NCBI GenBank assembly: GCA_964604515.1
Contig: CAZRZA010000002.1
Span: forward strand, 1,607 to 65,606
Direction: 5' to 3'
From: an uncultured Gammaproteobacteria bacterium
GTDB lineage: Bacteria > Patescibacteriota > Patescibacteriia > UBA1558 > GWA2-36-10
DNA: 64,000 bases
The translations under genes and the position numbers were made by a program. This document shows, one piece after another, positions 19,756-27,853 of this stretch. Each line of letters starts with the position of its first letter. Position 1 is the stretch's first letter. The notes under the pieces were generated by a model, which was not told where the DNA came from, searched no databases, and was given only the letters and a program-made list of their open reading frames with translations.

Positions 19756-20419
19756 GTCTATTAAAAAAGAATTAAAAAAAATTTATAATACTATTTCCCA
19801 GGAATTCTCTAGTTCTCGTGCTTTTCCTTGGGAAGAGTTACAACTTTTTATACCATATATCAAAGATAATTTCAAGGTCTTAGACTTAGGCTGTGGTAAC
19901 GGTAGATTAATAAAGATATTAGAAGAAAATGATTGTCAGATAGAATATACAGGACTAGACTTTAGTAATAAGTTAATAGAACAGGCTAGAGAATCTTTTC
20001 CTCAATATACCTTTAAGGTAGAGGATATGAATAATATAGACTATGAAGAAAATAGTTTTGATATGGTTTTTATGATAGCTTCTTTTCATCATTTAGAAAC
20101 TAAAGAAGAGAGATTAGAATTATTAAAGAAAGTAAATAAAATATTAAAACCAGGTGGTTATTTATTCATGACTAATTGGAACTTATTTCAAAAGAAATAT
20201 TTTAAGTTTCTTTTCAAGAATATATTTAAAAAAAAATCTTGGAATGACTTTTTTATTCCTTGGCAAACTTATTCTCAGAAAGGAGAAAGGCTATGGAGAT
20301 TTTATCATAGCTTTACTAAGAGAGAGTTAGAGAATTTATTAAAAAAGGCTAACTTTAAATTAAAACCACAAGGGGTTTATAAGACAGAATTTAATATAAA
20401 TAGTTTTGTTAAAAAGTAG
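19754..20419 (+). CDS. Trm9-like class I SAM-dependent tRNA (mcm5U) methyltransferase
   Basis: Motif I VLDLGCGNG; Trm9 signature FDMVFMIASFHHLETKEERLELLKKVNKILKPGGYLFMTNWNLFQ (compare yeast Trm9 FDFAISIAVVHHWSTRERRVEVIRHVLSKLRQGGQALIYCWALEQ), DFFIPW, RFYH; start codon overlaps elp3 start (CATG). Confidence 0.75.
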   Translation: MSIKKELKKIYNTISQEFSSSRAFPWEELQLFIPYIKDNFKVLDLGCGNGRLIKILEENDCQIEYTGLDFSNKLIEQARESFPQYTFKVEDMNNIDYEENSFDMVFMIASFHHLETKEERLELLKKVNKILKPGGYLFMTNWNLFQKKYFKFLFKNIFKKKSWNDFFIPWQTYSQKGERLWRFYHSFTKRELENLLKKANFKLKPQGVYKTEFNINSFVKK

Positions 20420-20453
20420 CATTGGACGCTGCTTTTTATTTTTCCTTTATATA

Positions 20454-20462
20454 TGGTATAAT
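20454..20462 (+). promoter_or_regulatory. extended -10 promoter (TGgTATAAT) for paralog A
   Basis: tggtataat about 45 nt upstream of ATG 20507. Confidence 0.4.
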
Positions 20463-20506
20463 ATAGCTATATTAAAATATTTCTAATGTCATTATTTCAA
20501 AAAATT

Positions 20507-21733
20507 ATGAAAAAGATTAAAACTAAAGTAGGGGCTAAGATTTCTACAGAAACAAAGCTACTTTTGAGTGTAGTTATGCTTTTATCTTCCATAGGTTTTA
20601 TGGGATTTGCTAATGGTCTAGTAAGGGCACCGGCAAAAGTTATTGAAAAAAGAATTGTAAAATTAGAAAGAATTACAGAAGAAAACAATAAGAAAATAGA
20701 GAAATTGGTGGAAAAGAAGAGAATATTGAAAAATGAGTTTTTTTCTGGAGGAGAACTTGGTAATACTATTGATGATACTGAAGAAGGAAGTGTAAAATTT
20801 TACTCTGTAGGAACCTTAAACTGTTGTACAACATATGGTAGGTATGGCATGGAAGGATTAGAGGGCGGTGGATGTGCTACTGATAATATGCCAGCTTATA
20901 CAAGCTCTGCTAATGAATGTTGCTATGTAAAAGATTTTTATGAGGAAGCTCATTATGCAGGAGATGATATATACGGTTGTTATGACGAAGATCGTGGGTG
21001 TCAAGAAGACGAATGTGGAGTATGTGGTGGTGATGGCAGTTCTTGTATGGAAGAAGGGGAGCTGTTTGCATGTGATAATAATTCTCAGTGTGGATCTGAA
21101 TTTTGTAATGATAATGGATATTGTGAAGAATATGAAGTGTTTTGCCCTAACGGTGATGAATGTAATGGAGGTCAAACATGCGATAGTGAGTGTATTACCA
21201 ATGGTTTCGCGTACCCTTGTTGTGTCCCTACCTTTATTATTGATAATTCCGTAGATTGTGAGGGCACATTTAATGGAGATGTTGTCTTAGACGAATGTGG
21301 GGTATGTGGCGGTGATAATAGTTCTTGCGCAGACTGTTCTGGAACCCCAAATGGTAATGCTATGTTAGATAATTGTAATACTTGCGATGCTAATCCTAAT
21401 AATGACTGTTCTCTAGATTGTAGTGGTGTTTGGGGAGGTAATGCTTATGAGGATTATTGTGGAGTATGTGATTCTGATCCAGATAATAATAATCAATGCT
21501 CTAATTATTGTTCAGGTCATTCAGATTGTAACACTGATCAATATTGCTATAATCATATTTGTGAAACATATAGGCCAGATGGCTGTTCCTGGAACTTTCC
21601 TTGTGATGAGGGGGAGAGTGATTGTAACTTTAACTCTGATTGTGCTGGTAATTTAGTGTGTGGTACAAATAATTGTAGTTATGGCGGTATAAATGGTGTG
21701 CCAGACTTTGCAGACTGTTGTATGCAGCCATAG
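20507..21733 (+). CDS. secreted/membrane-anchored Cys-rich protein, paralog A of shared-leader family; ADAMTS-like CGVCGGD repeats
   Basis: N-terminus MKKIKTKVGAKISTETKLLLSVVMLLSSIGFMGFANG shared with ORFs 22713 and 23100; coiled-coil stalk; about 60 Cys with DECGVCGGDGSSC / DECGVCGGDNSSC / DYCGVCDSDPDNNNQC repeats. Confidence 0.65.
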   Translation: MKKIKTKVGAKISTETKLLLSVVMLLSSIGFMGFANGLVRAPAKVIEKRIVKLERITEENNKKIEKLVEKKRILKNEFFSGGELGNTIDDTEEGSVKFYSVGTLNCCTTYGRYGMEGLEGGGCATDNMPAYTSSANECCYVKDFYEEAHYAGDDIYGCYDEDRGCQEDECGVCGGDGSSCMEEGELFACDNNSQCGSEFCNDNGYCEEYEVFCPNGDECNGGQTCDSECITNGFAYPCCVPTFIIDNSVDCEGTFNGDVVLDECGVCGGDNSSCADCSGTPNGNAMLDNCNTCDANPNNDCSLDCSGVWGGNAYEDYCGVCDSDPDNNNQCSNYCSGHSDCNTDQYCYNHICETYRPDGCSWNFPCDEGESDCNFNSDCAGNLVCGTNNCSYGGINGVPDFADCCMQP

Positions 21734-21754
21734 TAAATACTAATATGAATAAAT

Positions 21755-21789
21755 AAAACACTTAATTATTTACATTAGGTGTTTTTTAC
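21755..21789 (+). terminator. Rho-independent terminator after paralog A
   Basis: aacacttaa-(loop)-ttaggtgtt hairpin followed by T6. Confidence 0.45.
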
Positions 21790-21816
21790 TACATATTTTA
21801 TTATTTTATTATTATA

Positions 21817-21825
21817 TGGTATAAT
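21817..21825 (+). promoter_or_regulatory. extended -10 promoter (TGgTATAAT) for the ClpB-fragment gene
   Basis: tggtataat about 30 nt upstream of ATG 21857. Confidence 0.4.
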
Positions 21826-21856
21826 ATTCTTATAAAGTTTAAACAAAAATAAAATT

Positions 21857-22690
21857 ATGGAATTTTTAAAAGAACCTTTTATACTTATATTTTTATTATT
21901 AATATTTTTTGTCTATTTACTATTAAAGAAGTCAGGTAATAGTAATAAAAGCATTAAAGAATTAAATATTTTTAAGAGCAAAAAGTATTCTTCTAATTTA
22001 GCTATTAGTAAATTTACTATTGATATTACTAAAACAGCTATTGTAGAAGGATTAGCTTCTGCTATTGTAGAAGGAAAGGTGCCTCAAACACTATTAAATA
22101 AAAGAGTATTAAAAATAGATATGTCATCTATATTGGCTGGTACAAAATATAGAGGAGAATTCGAAAATAGATTTAAATCTTTAATAGACAGTATCATTGC
22201 TATGGATAAACAGAATATAGTATTTATTGATGAGATTCATACTATAGTACAAGCGGGTGGTGCAGAAGGGGCTATTGATGCAGATGATATAATAAAACCG
22301 CCTTTAGCGAGAGGAGAATTACAAATGGTTGGTACTACTACCACTAAAGAGTATAAAGAATATATAATGCCGGATACTTCTTTAACTAGAAGATTTGAAC
22401 CATTAAAGATAGCGGAACCAAATAAAGTAGAAACATTAAGAATATTAAAAGGATTAAAGAAAAACTATGAAGAATATCATAATGTAATAATTAATGATGA
22501 TTTATTAAAGAAAATTATTGACTTCTCTTTTAAGACTAAAACTAGGGTTTTTCCAGACAAAGCAATAGATATCTTAGATGAAGTATGTGCTAAAGTTAGA
22601 TTAGATAATATTAAGAGTAATAAAACTATAAAGATTACAGCTAAAGACATAAAAGATATATCTAAATATTTCAAAAAACAAGAAATTTAA
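21857..22690 (+). CDS. membrane-anchored fragment of ClpB/ClpA AAA+ D1 domain with degenerate Walker A
   Basis: N-terminal TM FILIFLLLIFFVYLLL; then KTAIVEGLASAIVEGKVP...ILAGTKYRGEFENRFKSL...VFIDEIHTIVQAGG...LARGELQMVGTTT...RRFEPL...FPDKAIDILDEV collinear with ClpB D1, but P-loop GxxGxGKT is replaced (FTIDITKT) and the N-domain, M-domain and D2 are absent. Confidence 0.55.
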   Translation: MEFLKEPFILIFLLLIFFVYLLLKKSGNSNKSIKELNIFKSKKYSSNLAISKFTIDITKTAIVEGLASAIVEGKVPQTLLNKRVLKIDMSSILAGTKYRGEFENRFKSLIDSIIAMDKQNIVFIDEIHTIVQAGGAEGAIDADDIIKPPLARGELQMVGTTTTKEYKEYIMPDTSLTRRFEPLKIAEPNKVETLRILKGLKKNYEEYHNVIINDDLLKKIIDFSFKTKTRVFPDKAIDILDEVCAKVRLDNIKSNKTIKITAKDIKDISKYFKKQEI

Positions 22691-22712
22691 ATAATTAATA
22701 ATTAAAAAAAAT

Positions 22713-23075
22713 ATGAAAAAATTTAAAACAAAGATTGGAGCTAAAATCTCTACAGAAACTAAGCTATTGTTAAGTACTATGATGGTCTTAGCTGGCATGG
22801 GATTTATTGGCCTTGCTAATGGATTTGTAACACATCAAGCTAAGCCATATAAGGAACAAATAATTAAACATGAAAAACAAATAACAGAGAACGAGAACTT
22901 TGCTGAAGCACTTATAGGTTACATGAAAACACCACCTATTATGCGTGGAGCAAGCGGTTGTGGAAACGCATGTAAGGTAGGAAGCGGTTGTGTTTCTGGT
23001 TGTCCTTGTGCTCCTTACTCTGGTCTTCCTGGATGGGGAACATGTACAGGTAAACCACCAAAAGAAATAGAATAA
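22713..23075 (+). CDS. small secreted Cys/Gly-rich protein, paralog C of shared-leader family
   Basis: MKKFKTKIGAKISTETKLLLSTMMVLAGMGFIGLANG leader; C-terminus GASGCGNACKVGSGCVSGCPCAPYSGLPGWGTCTG. Confidence 0.6.
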   Translation: MKKFKTKIGAKISTETKLLLSTMMVLAGMGFIGLANGFVTHQAKPYKEQIIKHEKQITENENFAEALIGYMKTPPIMRGASGCGNACKVGSGCVSGCPCAPYSGLPGWGTCTGKPPKEIE

Positions 23076-23099
23076 TAGTATAAATAATTTAAAAAAAGT

Positions 23100-24356
23100 A
23101 TGGCAAAAACTAAATCAAAAATCGGGACTAAAATCTCTACAGAAACTAAGTTATTATTAAGTGCAGTAATGCTATTATCAGCCTTAGGTTTTATTAGATT
23201 TGCTAATATGGCGGTAAATATGGGTAATAATATATATAAACCTCAAATAGTGAGATCAAATAATATTACTAAACATAATAATGAAATAGCTCAAAAAGAG
23301 CTAAAGAGAAGAGTGGAAATAACAAAATGTAGAACAGATAAAGAATGTATTAAAGAAGGTAAGATCTGTAAAAAAGAAAGAGGACAAAGATTTGGCTCTT
23401 GTTCTTTACCTGAATTAGTAGAATTACCACCTTCCTTTCCAGAAGATGATTTTGACAACGATACTAATCCCTTAGATCAATTAACTCATTATAATATGGA
23501 TTTTGGACAAGCTCAGCCGGGTGATCCTAATATTGATGACAGATTCTGTGCGCCGTTAACCCAAACCGTAGTAGATGCCTACCTAGATGAAATAGGAAAT
23601 AATCCTGCTACGGTAGCAGATATAATAGCAGGAGGATGTTTAGAGTTAGAAGAAGATATAAACATGGGCATCGGAGCACTTTCTTTTGATGATTATAATT
23701 CTGGTTTAGAATTTAATTGTAATGGTTATGAGATTATAGGAACAGGAGCCTTTGGAATGTTCTTAAACGGAACTGTAACCGCTAATGACTGTGTTATTAG
23801 TGACAGGACGTATAATTCAGATATAACAGGCAGCGGCAGGGGACTTATGTTATATGACACCAGCACCGTAAATAACAGCACAGCTGATAATAATTATTAT
23901 GGATTTGAATTACATGACACCAGCACCGTAAATAACAGCACAGCTATTAACAGCGAGTTCTTTGGATTTAGGTTGTTTAATTTTAGTACCGTAGATAACA
24001 GCACAGCTGATAATAATTATCATGGGTTTGGATTAAATGACACCAGCGTCGTAAATAATAGCACAGCTCATAATAATTCTGAAGGATTTATATTGTCTGA
24101 CAATAGCACCGTAAATAACAGCACAGCATATGACAATGACTTAGGATTAAACAGTGGTCCTTGGGGTGAGCCAGTAAATATTATAGGAGGAAGCTTTTGT
24201 AATAACACAAACAATGATATAGAGAGTGGCAATAATGCAGCTATCTTTACAGGAATAATTCAAGTAACAGATCCTGTTATTAGCATTGGAACCTTTGATC
24301 CTCTTAACTCAGACTTTACCCTAGAAACATGTACTTCGACTACACCAGGTATTTAA
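23100..24356 (+). CDS. secreted beta-helix repeat protein, paralog D of shared-leader family
   Basis: MAKTKSKIGTKISTETKLLLSAVMLLSALGFIRFAN leader; Cys-knot-like CRTDKECIKEGKICKK; 20-aa repeats TSTVNNSTADNNYYGFELHD x5 (parallel beta-helix-like). Confidence 0.65.
   Translation: MAKTKSKIGTKISTETKLLLSAVMLLSALGFIRFANMAVNMGNNIYKPQIVRSNNITKHNNEIAQKELKRRVEITKCRTDKECIKEGKICKKERGQRFGSCSLPELVELPPSFPEDDFDNDTNPLDQLTHYNMDFGQAQPGDPNIDDRFCAPLTQTVVDAYLDEIGNNPATVADIIAGGCLELEEDINMGIGALSFDDYNSGLEFNCNGYEIIGTGAFGMFLNGTVTANDCVISDRTYNSDITGSGRGLMLYDTSTVNNSTADNNYYGFELHDTSTVNNSTAINSEFFGFRLFNFSTVDNSTADNNYHGFGLNDTSVVNNSTAHNNSEGFILSDNSTVNNSTAYDNDLGLNSGPWGEPVNIIGGSFCNNTNNDIESGNNAAIFTGIIQVTDPVISIGTFDPLNSDFTLETCTSTTPGI
23856..24155 (+). 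repeat. five tandem ~60-bp coding repeats (gacaccagcaccgtaaataacagcacagct...)
   Basis: Near-identical 60-nt units at about 23856, 23916, 23976, 24036 and 24096 inside ORF 23100-24356. Confidence 0.7.
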
Positions 24357-24420
24357 TTAATCTTTATTAAATAATTAGAGTGTGATAAAATATACTTAAT
24401 TAACTAATTAAGTATATTTT

Positions 24421-25545
24421 ATGTTCAAAAAGATAGTATTCCTCTTTATTCTCTTATTACCATTAACTGTCTTAGGTGCAGAATATCATAGTAATGGGGA
24501 GATAATAATAACTAAGGATAGCGTTGTAAATACTAATTATTATGGTATAGCTGAGAATATCTCTATTTATGGAGAAGTAAATGGGGATCTCTTTATTATT
24601 GCTGATACCGTTTTAATAGATTCAGATAATATTAATGGAGACCTTTTTATTATTGCTAAAGATATTAATATTAATAGTAAAGTAGACGGTAATATTAGAA
24701 TTATTGGTGATAAATTAAGCATCAGAGGAGAAATAGAAAAGAATACCCTATTTATCGGAGGTGTTTTTAATTTATTAAAAGAAGGCAAATTAAATGGTAG
24801 TCTTACTAACTTCTTAAGTAAATCTTCTTTAGAGGGCGAAGTAAATGGTAAGGTAGATGGCTATTTAGAGTCTTTGATAATTAAAGGAAACATAAACAAT
24901 GATCTGGATATTAATTTCTTAAGAGGTTTTTCTAATAGCTTTGTAATAGGCTCAGAAGCTATTTTAAGTGGTAATATGAAGTATCAGGCCCTAGAAGAGG
25001 TTCAAATAGAAGAAGGAGCTATAATAGGTAATATAGAGTACAGAGAGGATAGTTTTCCTATAAAACCTTTGTTTAGTATAGACAATTTATGGAATTTAGT
25101 AATACAGTTTTTTTCTTTAATGGTTTTGGGTATGATTCTTTTATATCTATTCCCCAACTTATTTAAAGGTATTAATAGAGAATTATTTGAAAAATCTTTC
25201 TTTAATATGATTAAAGGTTTATTATTCTTTATATTAATACCAGTATTTTCTATTCTTTTAATGTTTACTATTATTGGTATTCCTTTAGCTATTATTATTT
25301 TATTATTATATGGAATATTTATTTATTTAAGTAAATTATTTATAGCCTTTAGCTATTATTATTTTATTAAGATAAAATTCTTGAAAGAAAAAAATATTAA
25401 AGATAATAATAAATTAGCCTTAGGAATATTTATATATTTAATAGTATCTTATATTCCTATTATTGGACCATTAATTACTATTTATTTATTTACATTAACT
25501 TGGTCTATGTTCTATAATAAAGTATTAAATAAATTAAAAAAATAA
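24421..25545 (+). CDS. signal-peptide protein with bactofilin/polymer-forming beta-helix-like extracellular domain and C-terminal multi-TM region
   Basis: Signal peptide MFKKIVFLFILLLPLTVLGA; repeated GxIxxxGDLFIIA / NGxL motifs (DUF4097/bactofilin-like); four C-terminal TM helices. Confidence 0.5.
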   Translation: MFKKIVFLFILLLPLTVLGAEYHSNGEIIITKDSVVNTNYYGIAENISIYGEVNGDLFIIADTVLIDSDNINGDLFIIAKDININSKVDGNIRIIGDKLSIRGEIEKNTLFIGGVFNLLKEGKLNGSLTNFLSKSSLEGEVNGKVDGYLESLIIKGNINNDLDINFLRGFSNSFVIGSEAILSGNMKYQALEEVQIEEGAIIGNIEYREDSFPIKPLFSIDNLWNLVIQFFSLMVLGMILLYLFPNLFKGINRELFEKSFFNMIKGLLFFILIPVFSILLMFTIIGIPLAIIILLLYGIFIYLSKLFIAFSYYYFIKIKFLKEKNIKDNNKLALGIFIYLIVSYIPIIGPLITIYLFTLTWSMFYNKVLNKLKK

Positions 25546-25688
25546 AATGGATAATAGATTAATTGACTATTCTTTTTCTGGAAAAACAGCAGAAATAATA
25601 GCTAAACATGGTTGGAAATTTTTAGTAGTATATTTTGTTTACAAAATATTTTCTTCTATGGATATGATAACTATATTAATATAAAAAT

Positions 25689-27047
25689 ATGGATAATAAG
25701 ATATTTAAATCCTATGACATTAGGGGGATTTATAATGAAGAGTTTAAGAAAGATGATATTAAGATAATAGCCCAAGCTTATTTACAAGAAATAGCTAAAA
25801 TAGGAAAAAAAGAAATAAAAGACTTAAAAATAATAATAGCTAGAGATATTAGACATTCTTCTCCTGAAATTACCACTACTTTTATTGAAGAAGTGATTAA
25901 GTATGGAGTAGAAGTAAATGATTTAGGATTAATGCCTATTGATGCTATTTATTATTTAGTTGGTGTAGATAATTATGATGGAGGAATAATGATTACCGCT
26001 TCTCATAATCCTCCTGTTTATGGAGGAATAAAGATGTTAGCTAGAAAGGTAGAGGCTATTAGAGGAACTAGAATAAAAGAAGTAATAGCAGACTTAAAAG
26101 AAATATCATTAATAGAAGGTAGTAAAAAAGAAATAGATGTTTGGGATAACTATGTAGAGCATGTTTTGTCTTTTGTTAACTTAGATAATATAAAACCATT
26201 TAAAATAGTAATAGACTCTGGTAATGCTATGGCGGGGCTAACTATACCTAGGATATTCTCTAAGATACCCCAGATAGAGATAGTAGAATTATTCTTTGAG
26301 CCAGATGGTAATTTTCCTTCTCGAGATCCCAACCCTTTAAATGAAGGTGCTGCTGATAAATTAATAGCTAAAGTAAAAGAAGAACAGGCTGATTTGGGAG
26401 CTATATTTGATGCTGATTCTGATCGAGTATTTTTAATTGATGAAAAAGGTGATTTTATTAAAGGAGATCAAACTTTAATTCTTTTAGCAGAATCTATATT
26501 AAAAGATAATCCGGGAGCAGGTATTGTTTATAATTTAATTTGTTCTAAGTCTGTGCCAGAGATAGTAGAAAAATTGGGTGGTAAAGCTATTCGTAGTGAA
26601 GTTGGTTATGCTAATGTTAAGAAACATATGGAAGAAAATGACTGTTTAATTGGGGGAGAGGTATCGGGACACTTTTCTTTTAAAAAGAACTATTACTCCG
26701 ACTGTGCTTATGCAGCCTTATTAATGATTTTAGAAATACTATCATTAAAAGATAATAAATTATCAGAATTAGTAGCTCAGAATACTATTTATTATAGGGC
26801 TAATGAATTAAATATAACTATAGATAATATACCTTTAGCTTTAGATAAAATAAGAGAAAAGTATAAAGATAATATTAGAGATGAAATAGATGGTCTGACA
26901 GTAGAGTTTTATAATAATAAAGAATTAAATTATTGGTTTAATATTAGAGCTTCTAATACAGAGCCTTTATTAAGAATTACTGTGGAAGCTAAAGATGAAG
27001 AAACAGCAAAAAAATATCAAAAAGAACTTTTAGAATTAATTAAATGA
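25689..27047 (+). CDS. phosphomannomutase/phosphoglucomutase (alpha-D-phosphohexomutase family)
   Basis: FKSYDIRG N-terminus, active-site ITASHNP, Mg-binding FDADSDR, sugar-binding GGEVSGH. Confidence 0.85.
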   Translation: MDNKIFKSYDIRGIYNEEFKKDDIKIIAQAYLQEIAKIGKKEIKDLKIIIARDIRHSSPEITTTFIEEVIKYGVEVNDLGLMPIDAIYYLVGVDNYDGGIMITASHNPPVYGGIKMLARKVEAIRGTRIKEVIADLKEISLIEGSKKEIDVWDNYVEHVLSFVNLDNIKPFKIVIDSGNAMAGLTIPRIFSKIPQIEIVELFFEPDGNFPSRDPNPLNEGAADKLIAKVKEEQADLGAIFDADSDRVFLIDEKGDFIKGDQTLILLAESILKDNPGAGIVYNLICSKSVPEIVEKLGGKAIRSEVGYANVKKHMEENDCLIGGEVSGHFSFKKNYYSDCAYAALLMILEILSLKDNKLSELVAQNTIYYRANELNITIDNIPLALDKIREKYKDNIRDEIDGLTVEFYNNKELNYWFNIRASNTEPLLRITVEAKDEETAKKYQKELLELIK

Positions 27048-27853
27048 TAGGTATTTTTGATTCAGGATTTGGTGGTTTAACTATTTTTAAGGAAATAGAA
27101 AAAGAATTACCTTATTATGATTATATATACTTAGGTGACAATGCTCGGGCTCCTTATGGTAATCATAGTCAAGAAATAATATATGAATACACTAAACAGG
27201 GTTTAGAATACTTATTTAAACAAGGTTGTCATTTGGTTATTTTAGCTTGTCATACTGCTTCAGCAGAAGCTTTGAGTAAAATACAAAAAGAATATTTACC
27301 TCAATATCAACAGAAGAATGTTTTGGGAGTAATTAGACCATTAATAGAGGAGGCTTCAGAGTTAACTAAGAATAAAATTATAGCTGTTATGGGCACAAAG
27401 AGCACGGTATTATCAAATGCTTATCCTAAAGAATTAAAAGAAAAGAATAGCAGTATTAAAACAAAACAAAAAGCTTGCCCCTTATTAGTTCCTTTAATAG
27501 AAGAAAATTGTGAAAAAAGAGTAGAAACTAAAATGATTTTAAAGAAATACATTAAATCTTTAAAATCATATAATCCCGATATAGTTATCTTAGGTTGTAC
27601 TCATTATGGTTTTTTAGGAAAACAAATAGAGAAGTATTTTGGTAAAAATATCAAAGTATTAAACAGTGGTATTATAGTAGCTAAGAAGTTAAGAGAATAT
27701 TTAAGAAAACATAAAGACTTAGTGAAGGAGTCTAAAAATAAAAAAAGAATCTTTTTAACCACAGATAATAATATTATTTTTAATAAAGCAGCTACTAAAT
27801 TCTTAGGAAGAAAAATTAAATCAAAAACAATTAATAAATTATATGAAAAATAA
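27044..27853 (+). CDS. murI: glutamate racemase
   Basis: IFDSGFGGLT, LACHTAS and GCTHY catalytic cysteine motifs; start overlaps upstream stop (ATGA). Confidence 0.85.
   Translation: MIGIFDSGFGGLTIFKEIEKELPYYDYIYLGDNARAPYGNHSQEIIYEYTKQGLEYLFKQGCHLVILACHTASAEALSKIQKEYLPQYQQKNVLGVIRPLIEEASELTKNKIIAVMGTKSTVLSNAYPKELKEKNSSIKTKQKACPLLVPLIEENCEKRVETKMILKKYIKSLKSYNPDIVILGCTHYGFLGKQIEKYFGKNIKVLNSGIIVAKKLREYLRKHKDLVKESKNKKRIFLTTDNNIIFNKAATKFLGRKIKSKTINKLYEK

Noticed and set aside
20497-21656. Several minus/plus alternative-frame ORFs (20497-20688, 20858-21175, 20940-21254, 21423-21656) within the Cys-rich gene
   Set aside because: Alternative-frame artefacts of a Cys/Gly/Asp-rich coding region; the long plus-strand frame with conserved leader and CGVCGGD repeats is the real gene.
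25547-25684. 45-aa ORF (MDNRLIDYSFSGKTAEII...) whose first codons resemble the start of the downstream phosphohexomutase gene (MDNK...)
   Set aside because: Similarity limited to about 12 nt; no RBS or conservation evidence; most likely chance.
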